Of a stretch of DNA of 64,000 bases, positions 39,526 to 48,454 are shown piece after piece (positions within the stretch are counted from its first letter, which is position 1; every line of letters begins with the position of its first letter). Source of the stretch: an uncultured Bacteroidota bacterium. Its GTDB lineage: Bacteria > Bacteroidota > Ignavibacteria > UBA10030 > UBA6906. The translations under genes were made by a program, and so were the position numbers. The stretch covers positions 96,001 to 160,000 of the forward strand of contig CAVOYH010000001.1 in the NCBI GenBank assembly GCA_963700635.1, read 5' to 3'. Under the pieces are notes generated by a model. It made no database searches. It saw only the letters and a program-made list of their open reading frames with translations, and was not told the origin of the DNA.

Positions 39526-40501
39526 AAATCAAATCACTCCCGGTAATGGTGTATCGAATCCGCTTTTCGAATCCTTTTCCCTCTGGCAGATTTCCAATCA
39601 ATCCCTTTGTCATGTGGTAGGTGACCAGGGCGATTGACCGGATGTAGAGAAGTATTTTTTTCGGTCCTTTCCACGCAGCCAGTCCCACCAGGGTCAGAGT
39701 GTAGAGGGCAGCGACAATCGCTGCGACGGTGTGCCATCCCAGGAAAAGGCCTACAAGAATTGCAGCAGGCGTTCCTACTACCACACCTTGCTGGGCAAAT
39801 ACCGGCGCCGTTGCGCGAATGAGACGGCGTGCAAGGTCGCTTCCGGGGTAGCGTCTCAGAATCTGACCCGTGCCGGCAAAGTACCTGGCCTTTTGGTCTA
39901 CTTGCCGCGAGTCTTTAGGTTTGTCAACATGGTACGCCATGGGTGTCGCTATACGTTTCAGCGTATACCCCCCCGTAAGAAGCCGGTACCCGAGTTCAAT
40001 TTCTTCCTCCCCCTTGATATACGGATTGAAGGTGCCACATTGCTCGAGGGCTGCCCTGCGGTACAGGGCGGAAATATTGATCCCCTTGATCTCACCGAGC
40101 GGGAAGTCATCGGGATGACGCTGTGAAGGCTCTTCGCCCGGGTACACGAAAAAGATCCGGCCCGCCACGCCGGCGAGCGAACTGTCACGCATTTCTTCAA
40201 GGCTCTTTTTCAGCCAGCCCCTCATGAGGATCATGTCGCCGTCGAGGAAGAACAAAAACTCCCCCTTGCTGAGAAGCGTGCCGATGTATCTTCCGGCTGC
40301 AGGCGAGAGAAGCGGGCTTGGTTCGAGGTGAATGATACGAACAGGGAAGGAGCTGGCAAGGGCAACCGTCCGGTCCGTGGAAGCAGAATTAACGAGGAGA
40401 ATTTCCGCGTCCAGATTCTCCAGTTCTTCCACCAGAACCGCCAGATTCCGGGCGATAGTGGACTCTTCGTTCCGTGCAATTATTACAATGCTGATTTCCA
40501 T
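39497..40501 (-). CDS. Glycosyltransferase family 2 with C-terminal TM helices
   Basis: SIVIIARNE, SASTD, FFLDGD, GEE; hydrophobic C-terminal segments. Confidence 0.9.
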   Translation of the reverse strand: MEISIVIIARNEESTIARNLAVLVEELENLDAEILLVNSASTDRTVALASSFPVRIIHLEPSPLLSPAAGRYIGTLLSKGEFLFFLDGDMILMRGWLKKSLEEMRDSSLAGVAGRIFFVYPGEEPSQRHPDDFPLGEIKGINISALYRRAALEQCGTFNPYIKGEEEIELGYRLLTGGYTLKRIATPMAYHVDKPKDSRQVDQKARYFAGTGQILRRYPGSDLARRLIRATAPVFAQQGVVVGTPAAILVGLFLGWHTVAAIVAALYTLTLVGLAAWKGPKKILLYIRSIALVTYHMTKGLIGNLPEGKGFEKRIRYTITGSDLISSSSGPRDA

Positions 40502-40544
40502 CGAATCCCGGTATCAGAAGGGGTGGTTTGAGCAACGAACCGGA

Positions 40545-40575
40545 CAAAGATAGCCAATCCGGTCAAGAAACGCAA
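40545..40575 (-). promoter_or_regulatory. Candidate promoter of the minus-strand GT2
   Basis: TTGCGT-17 nt-TATCTTTG on the minus strand; also fits the Bacteroidota TAnnTTTG element. Confidence 0.5.
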
Positions 40576-40741
40576 CGAAACCGACCCTGATCATTTTTCA
40601 CTTTTCTCCCAAAATGTGTATATTGTCACTTGATCCTGTACCGGATGTGTGATCCCCGGCACACCGGAAGATAGCCAAAGCAGCTATGTTAGATGAACCG
40701 AGGTTCATCTGCCCACAGTATTTCCAACAACGGAGGATTCC

Positions 40742-43700
40742 ATGCGAATCCGCTACTTGTCTCGTGCGGTATCAATCGTGAGCGTGATCCTGCTTTTTGT
40801 TGCCCCGGCTCAAGCTCAACTCGATCATTTTCTCGTCGAGGCTGCGGGTGGTGGATCCATTGGCACCCAGCGTGCCACCGAGTCGTTCTCCGTGAAGATA
40901 ACGGCACAGCGTTCCGACAACTCGACGGACACGGCTTTTACGGGAAAAGTACTAATGACCTCAACCGGAATTCTTACGGCAGGAGGTGATTCCACCGCGG
41001 CGTTCGTCGCGGGCGTGCTCACTTCCCATGCTGTCACGGTGGGCAATACCGGAACATTCACACTGACTGCGACAAGGGATGCTGCCACCGGGACAAGTGT
41101 TTCCTTTCCGGTTGTCGCATTTACGTCGGATGATTTTAACCATTTTAATCTTAAGACAGGCATATGGACGTTCACCGATCCTCTGGGCGATGTAACACTG
41201 GGGTTAACGGGGACGGGCACCTCCAATGCGCGTCTGGCACTTACGGTCCCGGCTGGAGTCGAGCACGATCTCTGGACCGGGAAAAACACCGCGCCCAGGG
41301 TCCTTCAGGATACGGAGAACAGCGACTTTGTTATTCAGACAAAGTTTGATTCAGGTCTTCTTTCCGCATATCAGATTCAAGGGATCATAGTCCAGCAGGA
41401 TCTCAACAACCTGATGCGCATTGATTTGAGCAGCGGAGGGACATACATATACGTGTACGCGGCCAGTACGGCGGACGGGTTTGTCACGCAGCCGACGACA
41501 CAGCTATCCCCTGTGCTTGTTGCGACAAACGGAACCGCACCACTCTGGCTGCGGGTCACGAGGACAGCGAATGATTGGGCGGTTGCCACATCCCTCAACG
41601 GGGTGACCTTTACCACGCACAGCTCGTTTTCTCTTGCGATGACGGTGACCAAAGTCGGTCTGTTTGCAGGCAACGCGCGGGAAGGGATCAGCGCTATTCC
41701 CGGCTTCACCATGCTGGCCGACTATTTCTTTGATAACGCCCTTCCGGTGTCCCCTGAAGATGGCGGCGCCGTGATAGACAACCTTTCGCCGCTGGTGTAC
41801 AACGTTTCTTCACTCGCCGGCGGGACGGCGATCCGGGTGACATGGAAGACCGACGAGCGTTCCAAGAGTCAGCTGGAATACGGTACGACCACCTCATATG
41901 GCGGTGTGGTCATCGACGATACACTGCGCACATCCCATACTCTCCAGATCAACGGACTCGCCAGCTCGACGAACTATCACTTCCGTATCCTCGCCGCAGA
42001 CAGTCTCAACCAGACAACGACCACCGGCGACTATGAAAAGGCCACGGGTGTGCCATCAGTGCCGAACATGACCATCTGGCACGGATTAAATCAGGTATTC
42101 GGCAAAATCGGGACACCACAGCGGTGGGTAAATATTCTCGGAAACGTCACGGATCCAATCGGCATTGACTCCCTCTACTACCGGTTGAACGGCGGGGCGC
42201 CGGTGCTTCTGTCACGCGGGCCGGATCTGCGTCGTTTGCAGAACGCCGGTGACTTCAACATCGATCTGGGATATGCGGCCCTGAATGCAGGGCCGAACAC
42301 GGTCTCCGTGCGCGCCAGGAACCTGTTCGGAGACGTCAAGGATACAACCATTACCGTGTTTGATAGCAGCGGTACCGTTTGGGCCCTGCCATATCGTGCA
42401 GGATGGGGATCTCCGACGAGCCTGAAAGATTCTGTTCAGGTTGTTGATGGAAAATGGGAGATTATTGGAGGAAAGGCGCGGGCAACCGAACGGGGGTACG
42501 ACCGGTGTTTCGCCATCGGTGACACAACGTGGCAGGACTACGTCGTGACCACCAAGCTCACCGTTTACGGGCTTGATTCCAGCTCGACAGGCTTTGATCC
42601 TCCGAGTTCGGGCCCCGCTGTGGGGATCCTCATGCGGTGGACAGGCCACACCACAATGCCGATTGGTGGACAGCCTCTGGCGGGATACCTTCCTCTTGGT
42701 GCGCTGGGCTGGATTCACTGGACAAGTCCATCCTCGAGCAGATGGGAAATCCTCGGAAACAACCTGACCGAGGAAGCCATCGTTTCAAATCCGATCTTAC
42801 AGTTTGGGACCTCGTATTATTTCAAATTCCAGGTGCAGACGATTACCGGTCAGGGTGGGTACTATCGCTTCAAAGTCTGGAAGGCTATTGATCCAGAACC
42901 GGCCGAATGGTTGCTGAATGCACAGGAAGGGCTCACCGATCCGCAGTTCGGGTCGGTGTTGATCGTCGCGCACCATGTCACGGTGGACATTGATGAAGTC
43001 CGTGTCACGGCAATTCCGACCGATGTCAATCCGCCGGTTATCAGTCTGATCGCAAGTGAGACCGCCGCAACATCTGCGTACATTACCTGGAGAACCGACG
43101 AACCTGCGAATGCCCGGGTTGCCTACGGCCTTACCAGTGCGTACGGGGACACCGCAATGGTGGGCACGGCGCTCCGGCTGACTCATGGTGTTCCGATTAC
43201 CGGCCTGAATCCGAATACGACATATCATTACAAGGTTCTCTCTGCAGACGCGACCGGGAATCTGGGAACATCCAGCGATGCGACGTTTATGACCGGGTCT
43301 CCCGCTGTGGCCACGACGCTGCTTACTGACGAACTGAACACGACCTCGCTCAATAGCATGTGGACCTTCACTGCCGGAGTCGGAGATGAAAGTTACTCCA
43401 CTCCGGACACCGTCGTGCAGTTGATCGTTCCGTCCGGCGTGGAGCATGACCTCTGGACATCGGGGTACAGAGTGCCGAGGATCATGCAGAACACAAACAA
43501 TACGGACTTTGAAGTCGAAGTAAAATGGAATTCCGGGATTTACGGCACCTCGTCAGCATACCGGCTGCAGGGGATCGTTGTGGAACAGGATCCCAACGAT
43601 CTGATCCGGTTTGATTTCACTTCAAGCCCGACCGCCATGCGAATTTATGCAGCGGCGTTCAATAACGGGTTTGTCCTGGATTCCATCAAGGCGAAAATTG

Positions 43701-44578
43701 ATTCAGCCATAGCGGGTGCGGGCTCCGCGCCGATATGGCTGAGGGTGAAAAGAGAGGGAAATATCTGGACGCAGTCGTATTCGTATGACGGAACAGACTG
43801 GGTTGTGGCCGGCGTGTTCCATCACGCGCTGACCGTCTCGAAGGTCGGAGTGTTCGCGGGGAATGCAGGGGGGAGCCCACCGCAGCACACCGGCATTGTC
43901 GACTATTTCCGGACAGACGGTGCGACGGTCAACATTCGCGCCCTCTTGCAGGGGCCGTATATGACAACCGGGGATACCATGCGAACAAATCTGACCGCGT
44001 TCCTGCCGAAGAAAAACCCGTATGGCGTAGCCCCCTGGAATTATACGGGGGGAGACAGCGTTCAGACTATACCGTCAGGGGTCGTTGACTGGGTCCTGGT
44101 AAGTCTCAGGACCGGACAGGACGCGACCACCGGCGTGGATACGATTGCGGCGTTTCTGAAGAAGGATGGTTCGGTTGTGGGTCTCGACGGGAACAGTCTT
44201 GTTCGATTCCCGGGTGTGAAGTTCGGCAGCTACTACGTCGTGTTGCGCCACAGGAACCACCTCGCCATCATGTCGGCCAACTCACTCCCCCTCAACGGGT
44301 CGTCTGTGCTTTACGATTTCACGATGGCTCAATCAAAAGCATTTTCGGGAGGGAGTGACGGAATGAAACTGGTGGGATCCAGATACACACTTTTTGCCGG
44401 CAATGGCAACGGCGATGGTGTGGTGAATGCCACCGACCGCAACACTGTCTGGCGGATCCAGAACGGCCTCCTCAACGGATACTATGCCGGCGATTTTAAC
44501 CTGGACGCTGTGGTGAATGCCACAGATAGAAATTTGTTCTGGCGAATCAATAATGGCACGCTGTCACAGGTTCCGTAA
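40742..44578 (+). CDS. Large secreted protein: Ig-like, two ConA-like (DUF1349-type) and PAP-Fn3 domains, C-terminal dockerin-like module, no T9SS CTD
   Basis: Signal peptide AQA/Q; shares the HDLW/QGIIVQQD domain with 27255; ends with duplicated GNGNGDGVVNATD / GDFNLDAVVNATD loops. Confidence 0.85.
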   Translation: MRIRYLSRAVSIVSVILLFVAPAQAQLDHFLVEAAGGGSIGTQRATESFSVKITAQRSDNSTDTAFTGKVLMTSTGILTAGGDSTAAFVAGVLTSHAVTVGNTGTFTLTATRDAATGTSVSFPVVAFTSDDFNHFNLKTGIWTFTDPLGDVTLGLTGTGTSNARLALTVPAGVEHDLWTGKNTAPRVLQDTENSDFVIQTKFDSGLLSAYQIQGIIVQQDLNNLMRIDLSSGGTYIYVYAASTADGFVTQPTTQLSPVLVATNGTAPLWLRVTRTANDWAVATSLNGVTFTTHSSFSLAMTVTKVGLFAGNAREGISAIPGFTMLADYFFDNALPVSPEDGGAVIDNLSPLVYNVSSLAGGTAIRVTWKTDERSKSQLEYGTTTSYGGVVIDDTLRTSHTLQINGLASSTNYHFRILAADSLNQTTTTGDYEKATGVPSVPNMTIWHGLNQVFGKIGTPQRWVNILGNVTDPIGIDSLYYRLNGGAPVLLSRGPDLRRLQNAGDFNIDLGYAALNAGPNTVSVRARNLFGDVKDTTITVFDSSGTVWALPYRAGWGSPTSLKDSVQVVDGKWEIIGGKARATERGYDRCFAIGDTTWQDYVVTTKLTVYGLDSSSTGFDPPSSGPAVGILMRWTGHTTMPIGGQPLAGYLPLGALGWIHWTSPSSSRWEILGNNLTEEAIVSNPILQFGTSYYFKFQVQTITGQGGYYRFKVWKAIDPEPAEWLLNAQEGLTDPQFGSVLIVAHHVTVDIDEVRVTAIPTDVNPPVISLIASETAATSAYITWRTDEPANARVAYGLTSAYGDTAMVGTALRLTHGVPITGLNPNTTYHYKVLSADATGNLGTSSDATFMTGSPAVATTLLTDELNTTSLNSMWTFTAGVGDESYSTPDTVVQLIVPSGVEHDLWTSGYRVPRIMQNTNNTDFEVEVKWNSGIYGTSSAYRLQGIVVEQDPNDLIRFDFTSSPTAMRIYAAAFNNGFVLDSIKAKIDSAIAGAGSAPIWLRVKREGNIWTQSYSYDGTDWVVAGVFHHALTVSKVGVFAGNAGGSPPQHTGIVDYFRTDGATVNIRALLQGPYMTTGDTMRTNLTAFLPKKNPYGVAPWNYTGGDSVQTIPSGVVDWVLVSLRTGQDATTGVDTIAAFLKKDGSVVGLDGNSLVRFPGVKFGSYYVVLRHRNHLAIMSANSLPLNGSSVLYDFTMAQSKAFSGGSDGMKLVGSRYTLFAGNGNGDGVVNATDRNTVWRIQNGLLNGYYAGDFNLDAVVNATDRNLFWRINNGTLSQVP

Positions 44579-44629
44579 ACCTGGCGAGACAGAACGAGCA
44601 GAAAAATAATTCATAACCCACTAAACCAC

Positions 44630-45733
44630 ATGAGGTACACAATGTCGCGGTTCTCGAAATGTCTACTCCTTCTGGGCGTGCTTGGGCTCATGGTGCACGC
44701 CGGATTTGCCCAGACCTTCGACCTGCAGTTTGTCGTGATGGAGAACGACGGGACGAATTACGACGTCAAAATCCAGATCAAAGCAAACGGTTCCACGTTT
44801 GCCATGGGTACGAGCAACATGATATTTGAATTTAATGATGCCGCCCTCAGCTCTCCGTCGGTGCTGACAGCACACAATTTCAGCGGGGGAGCGTATCAAT
44901 CTCTTAACATCAACGGGACGGGTAATGCTCGATCCGTGAATATCGAATTGAACAGCGCTGGTACTGGCACGACGGTCTCGACGGGCTACATGGATGTGGC
45001 CACGATCCGGTTCACGACTGTGGACCCCGGAGGGAACTCTGATCTCGTGTGGAATCGTGGAGCATCCGTGATATTCATGGATGATGAGAATACAATCGTA
45101 CCGGCTGGAACATTAAACAACCTGGATACTTCGCCCCTCCCGATCCAGCTTGCGTCTTTCACTGCATCGCTCCCGCAGCAATCCGGTGCCGTTCTGCTGA
45201 TGTGGTCGACGGTCTCGGAGATCGATAACTTCGGTTTTGAGGTTCAGAAGTCGCAGGACAACACGGAAAACTGGCAGACGATCGAAAACAGTTTTGTGCC
45301 GGGCAACGGAACAACCATTGAGCCGCAATCGTACAGCTTCACCGATGCCACCGCCACCCCCGGCGTCTGGTACTACCGGTTGAAACAGATCGACCGGGAC
45401 GGGACTATCCACTACAGCGAAAGTATCCGTCCCGGAGGCGTCACCGGCGTGGATGGCCGTCCGCTCCCGACAAGTTTTGCGCTCGACCAGAACTACCCGA
45501 ATCCGTTTAACCCGGCAACCACAATAGAGTTTGCCGTTCCGAAAGAAACACATGTTACGCTTGAGGTCTATAATCTGCTCGGACAACGGATTGCCATTCT
45601 TGTGGATGACGTCCGGCCCGCCGGTTACTATGCACAACGGTTCGATGCGAGCGCGCTTGGAACCGGACTGTATTTCTACCGCCTCAGCACCGGGGAGGTT
45701 TCCTTCCTGAAGAAAATGCTGTTGGTGAAATAG
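44630..45733 (+). CDS. Small T9SS cargo: cohesin-like domain, PIxL-type Fn3-like domain, CTD
   Basis: Signal peptide GFA/Q; YDVKIQIK..SNMIFEFNDAAL..VATIRF; PIQLASFTA..WSTVSE.DNFGFEVQKS..YYRLKQID; LDQNYPNPFNP. Confidence 0.85.
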   Translation: MRYTMSRFSKCLLLLGVLGLMVHAGFAQTFDLQFVVMENDGTNYDVKIQIKANGSTFAMGTSNMIFEFNDAALSSPSVLTAHNFSGGAYQSLNINGTGNARSVNIELNSAGTGTTVSTGYMDVATIRFTTVDPGGNSDLVWNRGASVIFMDDENTIVPAGTLNNLDTSPLPIQLASFTASLPQQSGAVLLMWSTVSEIDNFGFEVQKSQDNTENWQTIENSFVPGNGTTIEPQSYSFTDATATPGVWYYRLKQIDRDGTIHYSESIRPGGVTGVDGRPLPTSFALDQNYPNPFNPATTIEFAVPKETHVTLEVYNLLGQRIAILVDDVRPAGYYAQRFDASALGTGLYFYRLSTGEVSFLKKMLLVK

Positions 45734-45784
45734 TACCCGGGTGACGCAATCGGAGATCTGAAGGAGAAAACGTTTCACGGGACC

Positions 45785-47236
45785 ATGCTGATGGGCGGGG
45801 TGAATATTACACTCCGCCTCATCACGATGGTTTCCAGCGTATTGCTCATGAACGTCCTCGATGTCGATGATTTTGGCATCGTGGGCGCGGCAATGATCGT
45901 GCTCTATACCACGAACCTGTTTGCGGGTCTGGGGCTGAGTTTCGCGCTGATCCAGAGTCAGGCTCCCCGCGGACAGGTGGCCTACCAGTCGTTTGTGGTG
46001 ACCGCGATCGCGGGCACCGTGCTGTGTCTGCTTATCCTCCTCAATGTTCACCCCCTCGCGCTGCTCCTCGGCAAAGGCGCAATTGCGCCGATCCTCGCCT
46101 GGCTGGCTCCCCTGGTGTTTATCGGCGGATTGGCGATGGTTCCGGAAGCTCTTCTGCAGAAACAGATGCTCTTCTCCAGGATCAGCCTGATTGTCATCAT
46201 CACCGAGCTGGTGTATGTGGGGCTCGCCCTTGGCCTGGCGTATACCGGATTCGGGCTCTGGAGCCTCGTGTACGCTGCGCTCACCAAGTCCATTCTCACG
46301 CTCATCCTCGACTGGATACTCACCCCCGGGTGGGAGTGGATCACGCCGGGCCCCTGGGACCGGAAGCTGATGAAGAGGCTTCTCTCTTTCGGTCTGCAAT
46401 CCACCGGTGGCGGTGTGACGACGTATGTGTATTCGTTTATTGACATCTTCACGATCACCCGATGGCTGGGCACGGTGCAGCTCGGCTACTATCAGAAATC
46501 GTTCGACTTCACCAGTCGTACTGTAGACGGACTCAACAACGTCATCAGCGCGGTGTTACTGCCTTCGTATGCTCAGATTCAGTCGGAGCCAGAACGGCTC
46601 TCCCGTGCCTACTTGAAGAGCCTGCGTCTGATCTCGTTCATTATCGTCCCGGTCACGATGGGCATGCTCATCGTGGCGTCGGAGATGGTGGACACCTTTC
46701 TGACGGATCAATGGACTCCCATGGTTGCGCCGTTTCAGGTCCTCTGTGTGGTAGGGCTGGTAAAACCTCTCTCGGCCACCACTTCGGTGCTTTTCACCTC
46801 AACCGGACATCCTGGCTACAACTTCCGCGCCGGTCTGGTGGTGATCATGGCGCTTGTGCCCATGATTGTGCTGCTGCTTCCATACGGCATCGTGGGCGTT
46901 GCGTTGGCCGTTCTTGTGGCCCAGGTGGTTGGATTCGGCTTTAATATGTTCCAGGTGACAAAACTTTTGGACCACACGGCGTCCCGCATGCCGGCCGCGA
47001 TCGCGCCGTCACTCCTCGCCTCCGGTTTGATGATGCTGGTTGTGGTCCTGCTAAAAGCACCCCTGCAATCGCTCGCCGGTGGCGCACATACACCATGGTC
47101 CCTTGGCAGCCTCGTTCTCTTGGGGACGGTCATGTACCTCGTCACGCTTACCCTTTTGCAACGATCCTTTGTGCTGGAGGTTGTTGATCTTGCATTCAAA
47201 CGGTTCCGGTCCAGGGATTCCAAAACTATCAAGTGA
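45785..47236 (+). CDS. wzx: Wzx flippase (WzxC-like); true start probably ~45741-45758
   Basis: LDVDDFG, GLSFALIQ, G.GLWSLV, LG.VQLGYY, LLPSYAQIQ; about 12 TMs. Confidence 0.9.
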   Translation: MLMGGVNITLRLITMVSSVLLMNVLDVDDFGIVGAAMIVLYTTNLFAGLGLSFALIQSQAPRGQVAYQSFVVTAIAGTVLCLLILLNVHPLALLLGKGAIAPILAWLAPLVFIGGLAMVPEALLQKQMLFSRISLIVIITELVYVGLALGLAYTGFGLWSLVYAALTKSILTLILDWILTPGWEWITPGPWDRKLMKRLLSFGLQSTGGGVTTYVYSFIDIFTITRWLGTVQLGYYQKSFDFTSRTVDGLNNVISAVLLPSYAQIQSEPERLSRAYLKSLRLISFIIVPVTMGMLIVASEMVDTFLTDQWTPMVAPFQVLCVVGLVKPLSATTSVLFTSTGHPGYNFRAGLVVIMALVPMIVLLLPYGIVGVALAVLVAQVVGFGFNMFQVTKLLDHTASRMPAAIAPSLLASGLMMLVVVLLKAPLQSLAGGAHTPWSLGSLVLLGTVMYLVTLTLLQRSFVLEVVDLAFKRFRSRDSKTIK

Positions 47237-47253
47237 GGAAGAGGAATGTTCGC

Positions 47254-48447
47254 ATGAATCAGACATTAAGGAAGAACTGCCCGGGTTGCGGCAAAGACGC
47301 GATGTCCGCTTTTTATGAAATGCGGGGGGTGCCGGTAAACAGCGTCCTCCTTCTTCCAACACGTGAAGAAGCAATGGGATTTCCCAAAGGGGACATTGTG
47401 CTCGGGTTCTGCGGGGAGTGCGGTTTTATCTCGAATCTTGCTTTTGACCCGACAGAGCAGGAATATTCCGCCCGCTATGAAGCGACCCAGGGATATTCCT
47501 CTACGTTCACGTCTTTTCATAAGGGACTGGCGCAACGTCTGATTGATCAGTTTGATCTGCGAAACAAGACGCTCATCGAGATCGGGTGTGACAAGGGTGA
47601 CTTCCTGACTATGTTGTGCGAACTCGGGAACAATACCGGCATTGGATTTGACCCCGCTTATGTCCCCGATCGTATCCCAAGTCCGGCGAGGGACCGGATG
47701 ACATTTATCGCCGACTTCTACGGGGAACAGTACGCGCAGTATGTTGCGGATTTTGTCTGCTGCAAAATGACACTTGAACATATCCCCACCGTCTCGGATT
47801 TTATGAAGACTGTTCGGCGGTCCATCGGCAATCGCTCGGACACCATTGTCTTCTTCCAGATTCCCGAAGTCCGCCGGATTCTCCGTGAAGTTGCATTCTG
47901 GGACATCTATTACGAACATTGTTCGTATTTCAGCATGGGTTCTCTTGCACGTCTTTTCCGCAAGACAGGATTTGACGTCATGGGTCTGGGGATCGAGTAC
48001 GACGATCAGTATCTGATGATCGAGGCCCGCCCGGGCACCGGTAGCGGACTGGCTCCCCTGCAGGAGGAGGATGATCTGGATGCTCTCAGGCAGGATGTCT
48101 CCTTCTTTACCAGCACCCTGGAAACAACGCTGGAGCGATGGCAACGCCGGCTGAGAGACATCAAGGCCGGCGGTCGCCGTGCGGTGATCTGGGGAGGCGG
48201 CTCAAAAGGGGTCGCGTTCCTGACCCGGCTGGATATTATGAACGAAATCCAGTACGCCGTCGACATCAACCCCCATAAATCCGGGACTTTTATGGCCGGC
48301 ACCGGACAGGAGATTGTCAGTCCGGACTTTCTTCGGACGTATCGCCCCGATCTTATCATCGTCATGAATCCGATTTATATTCCCGAAATCACGGCCGAAC
48401 TGACCCGATTGGGAGTGAGCGCCGAAATCCTGCCCATTACGGCGTGA
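47254..48447 (+). CDS. NDP-sugar C-methyltransferase-like protein
   Basis: CPGCG, CGECG, EIGCDKGDFL, DIYYEH, WGGGSKG, VDINP. Confidence 0.85.
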   Translation: MNQTLRKNCPGCGKDAMSAFYEMRGVPVNSVLLLPTREEAMGFPKGDIVLGFCGECGFISNLAFDPTEQEYSARYEATQGYSSTFTSFHKGLAQRLIDQFDLRNKTLIEIGCDKGDFLTMLCELGNNTGIGFDPAYVPDRIPSPARDRMTFIADFYGEQYAQYVADFVCCKMTLEHIPTVSDFMKTVRRSIGNRSDTIVFFQIPEVRRILREVAFWDIYYEHCSYFSMGSLARLFRKTGFDVMGLGIEYDDQYLMIEARPGTGSGLAPLQEEDDLDALRQDVSFFTSTLETTLERWQRRLRDIKAGGRRAVIWGGGSKGVAFLTRLDIMNEIQYAVDINPHKSGTFMAGTGQEIVSPDFLRTYRPDLIIVMNPIYIPEITAELTRLGVSAEILPITA

Positions 48448-48454
48448 GCATTCC

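Noticed and set aside
45731-45733. TAG readthrough fusing the CTD protein to Wzx
   Set aside because: The frames match, but a CTD must be terminal and the fusion topology is implausible
45113-46399. 428-aa minus-strand ORF
   Set aside because: Antisense to the CTD gene and wzx
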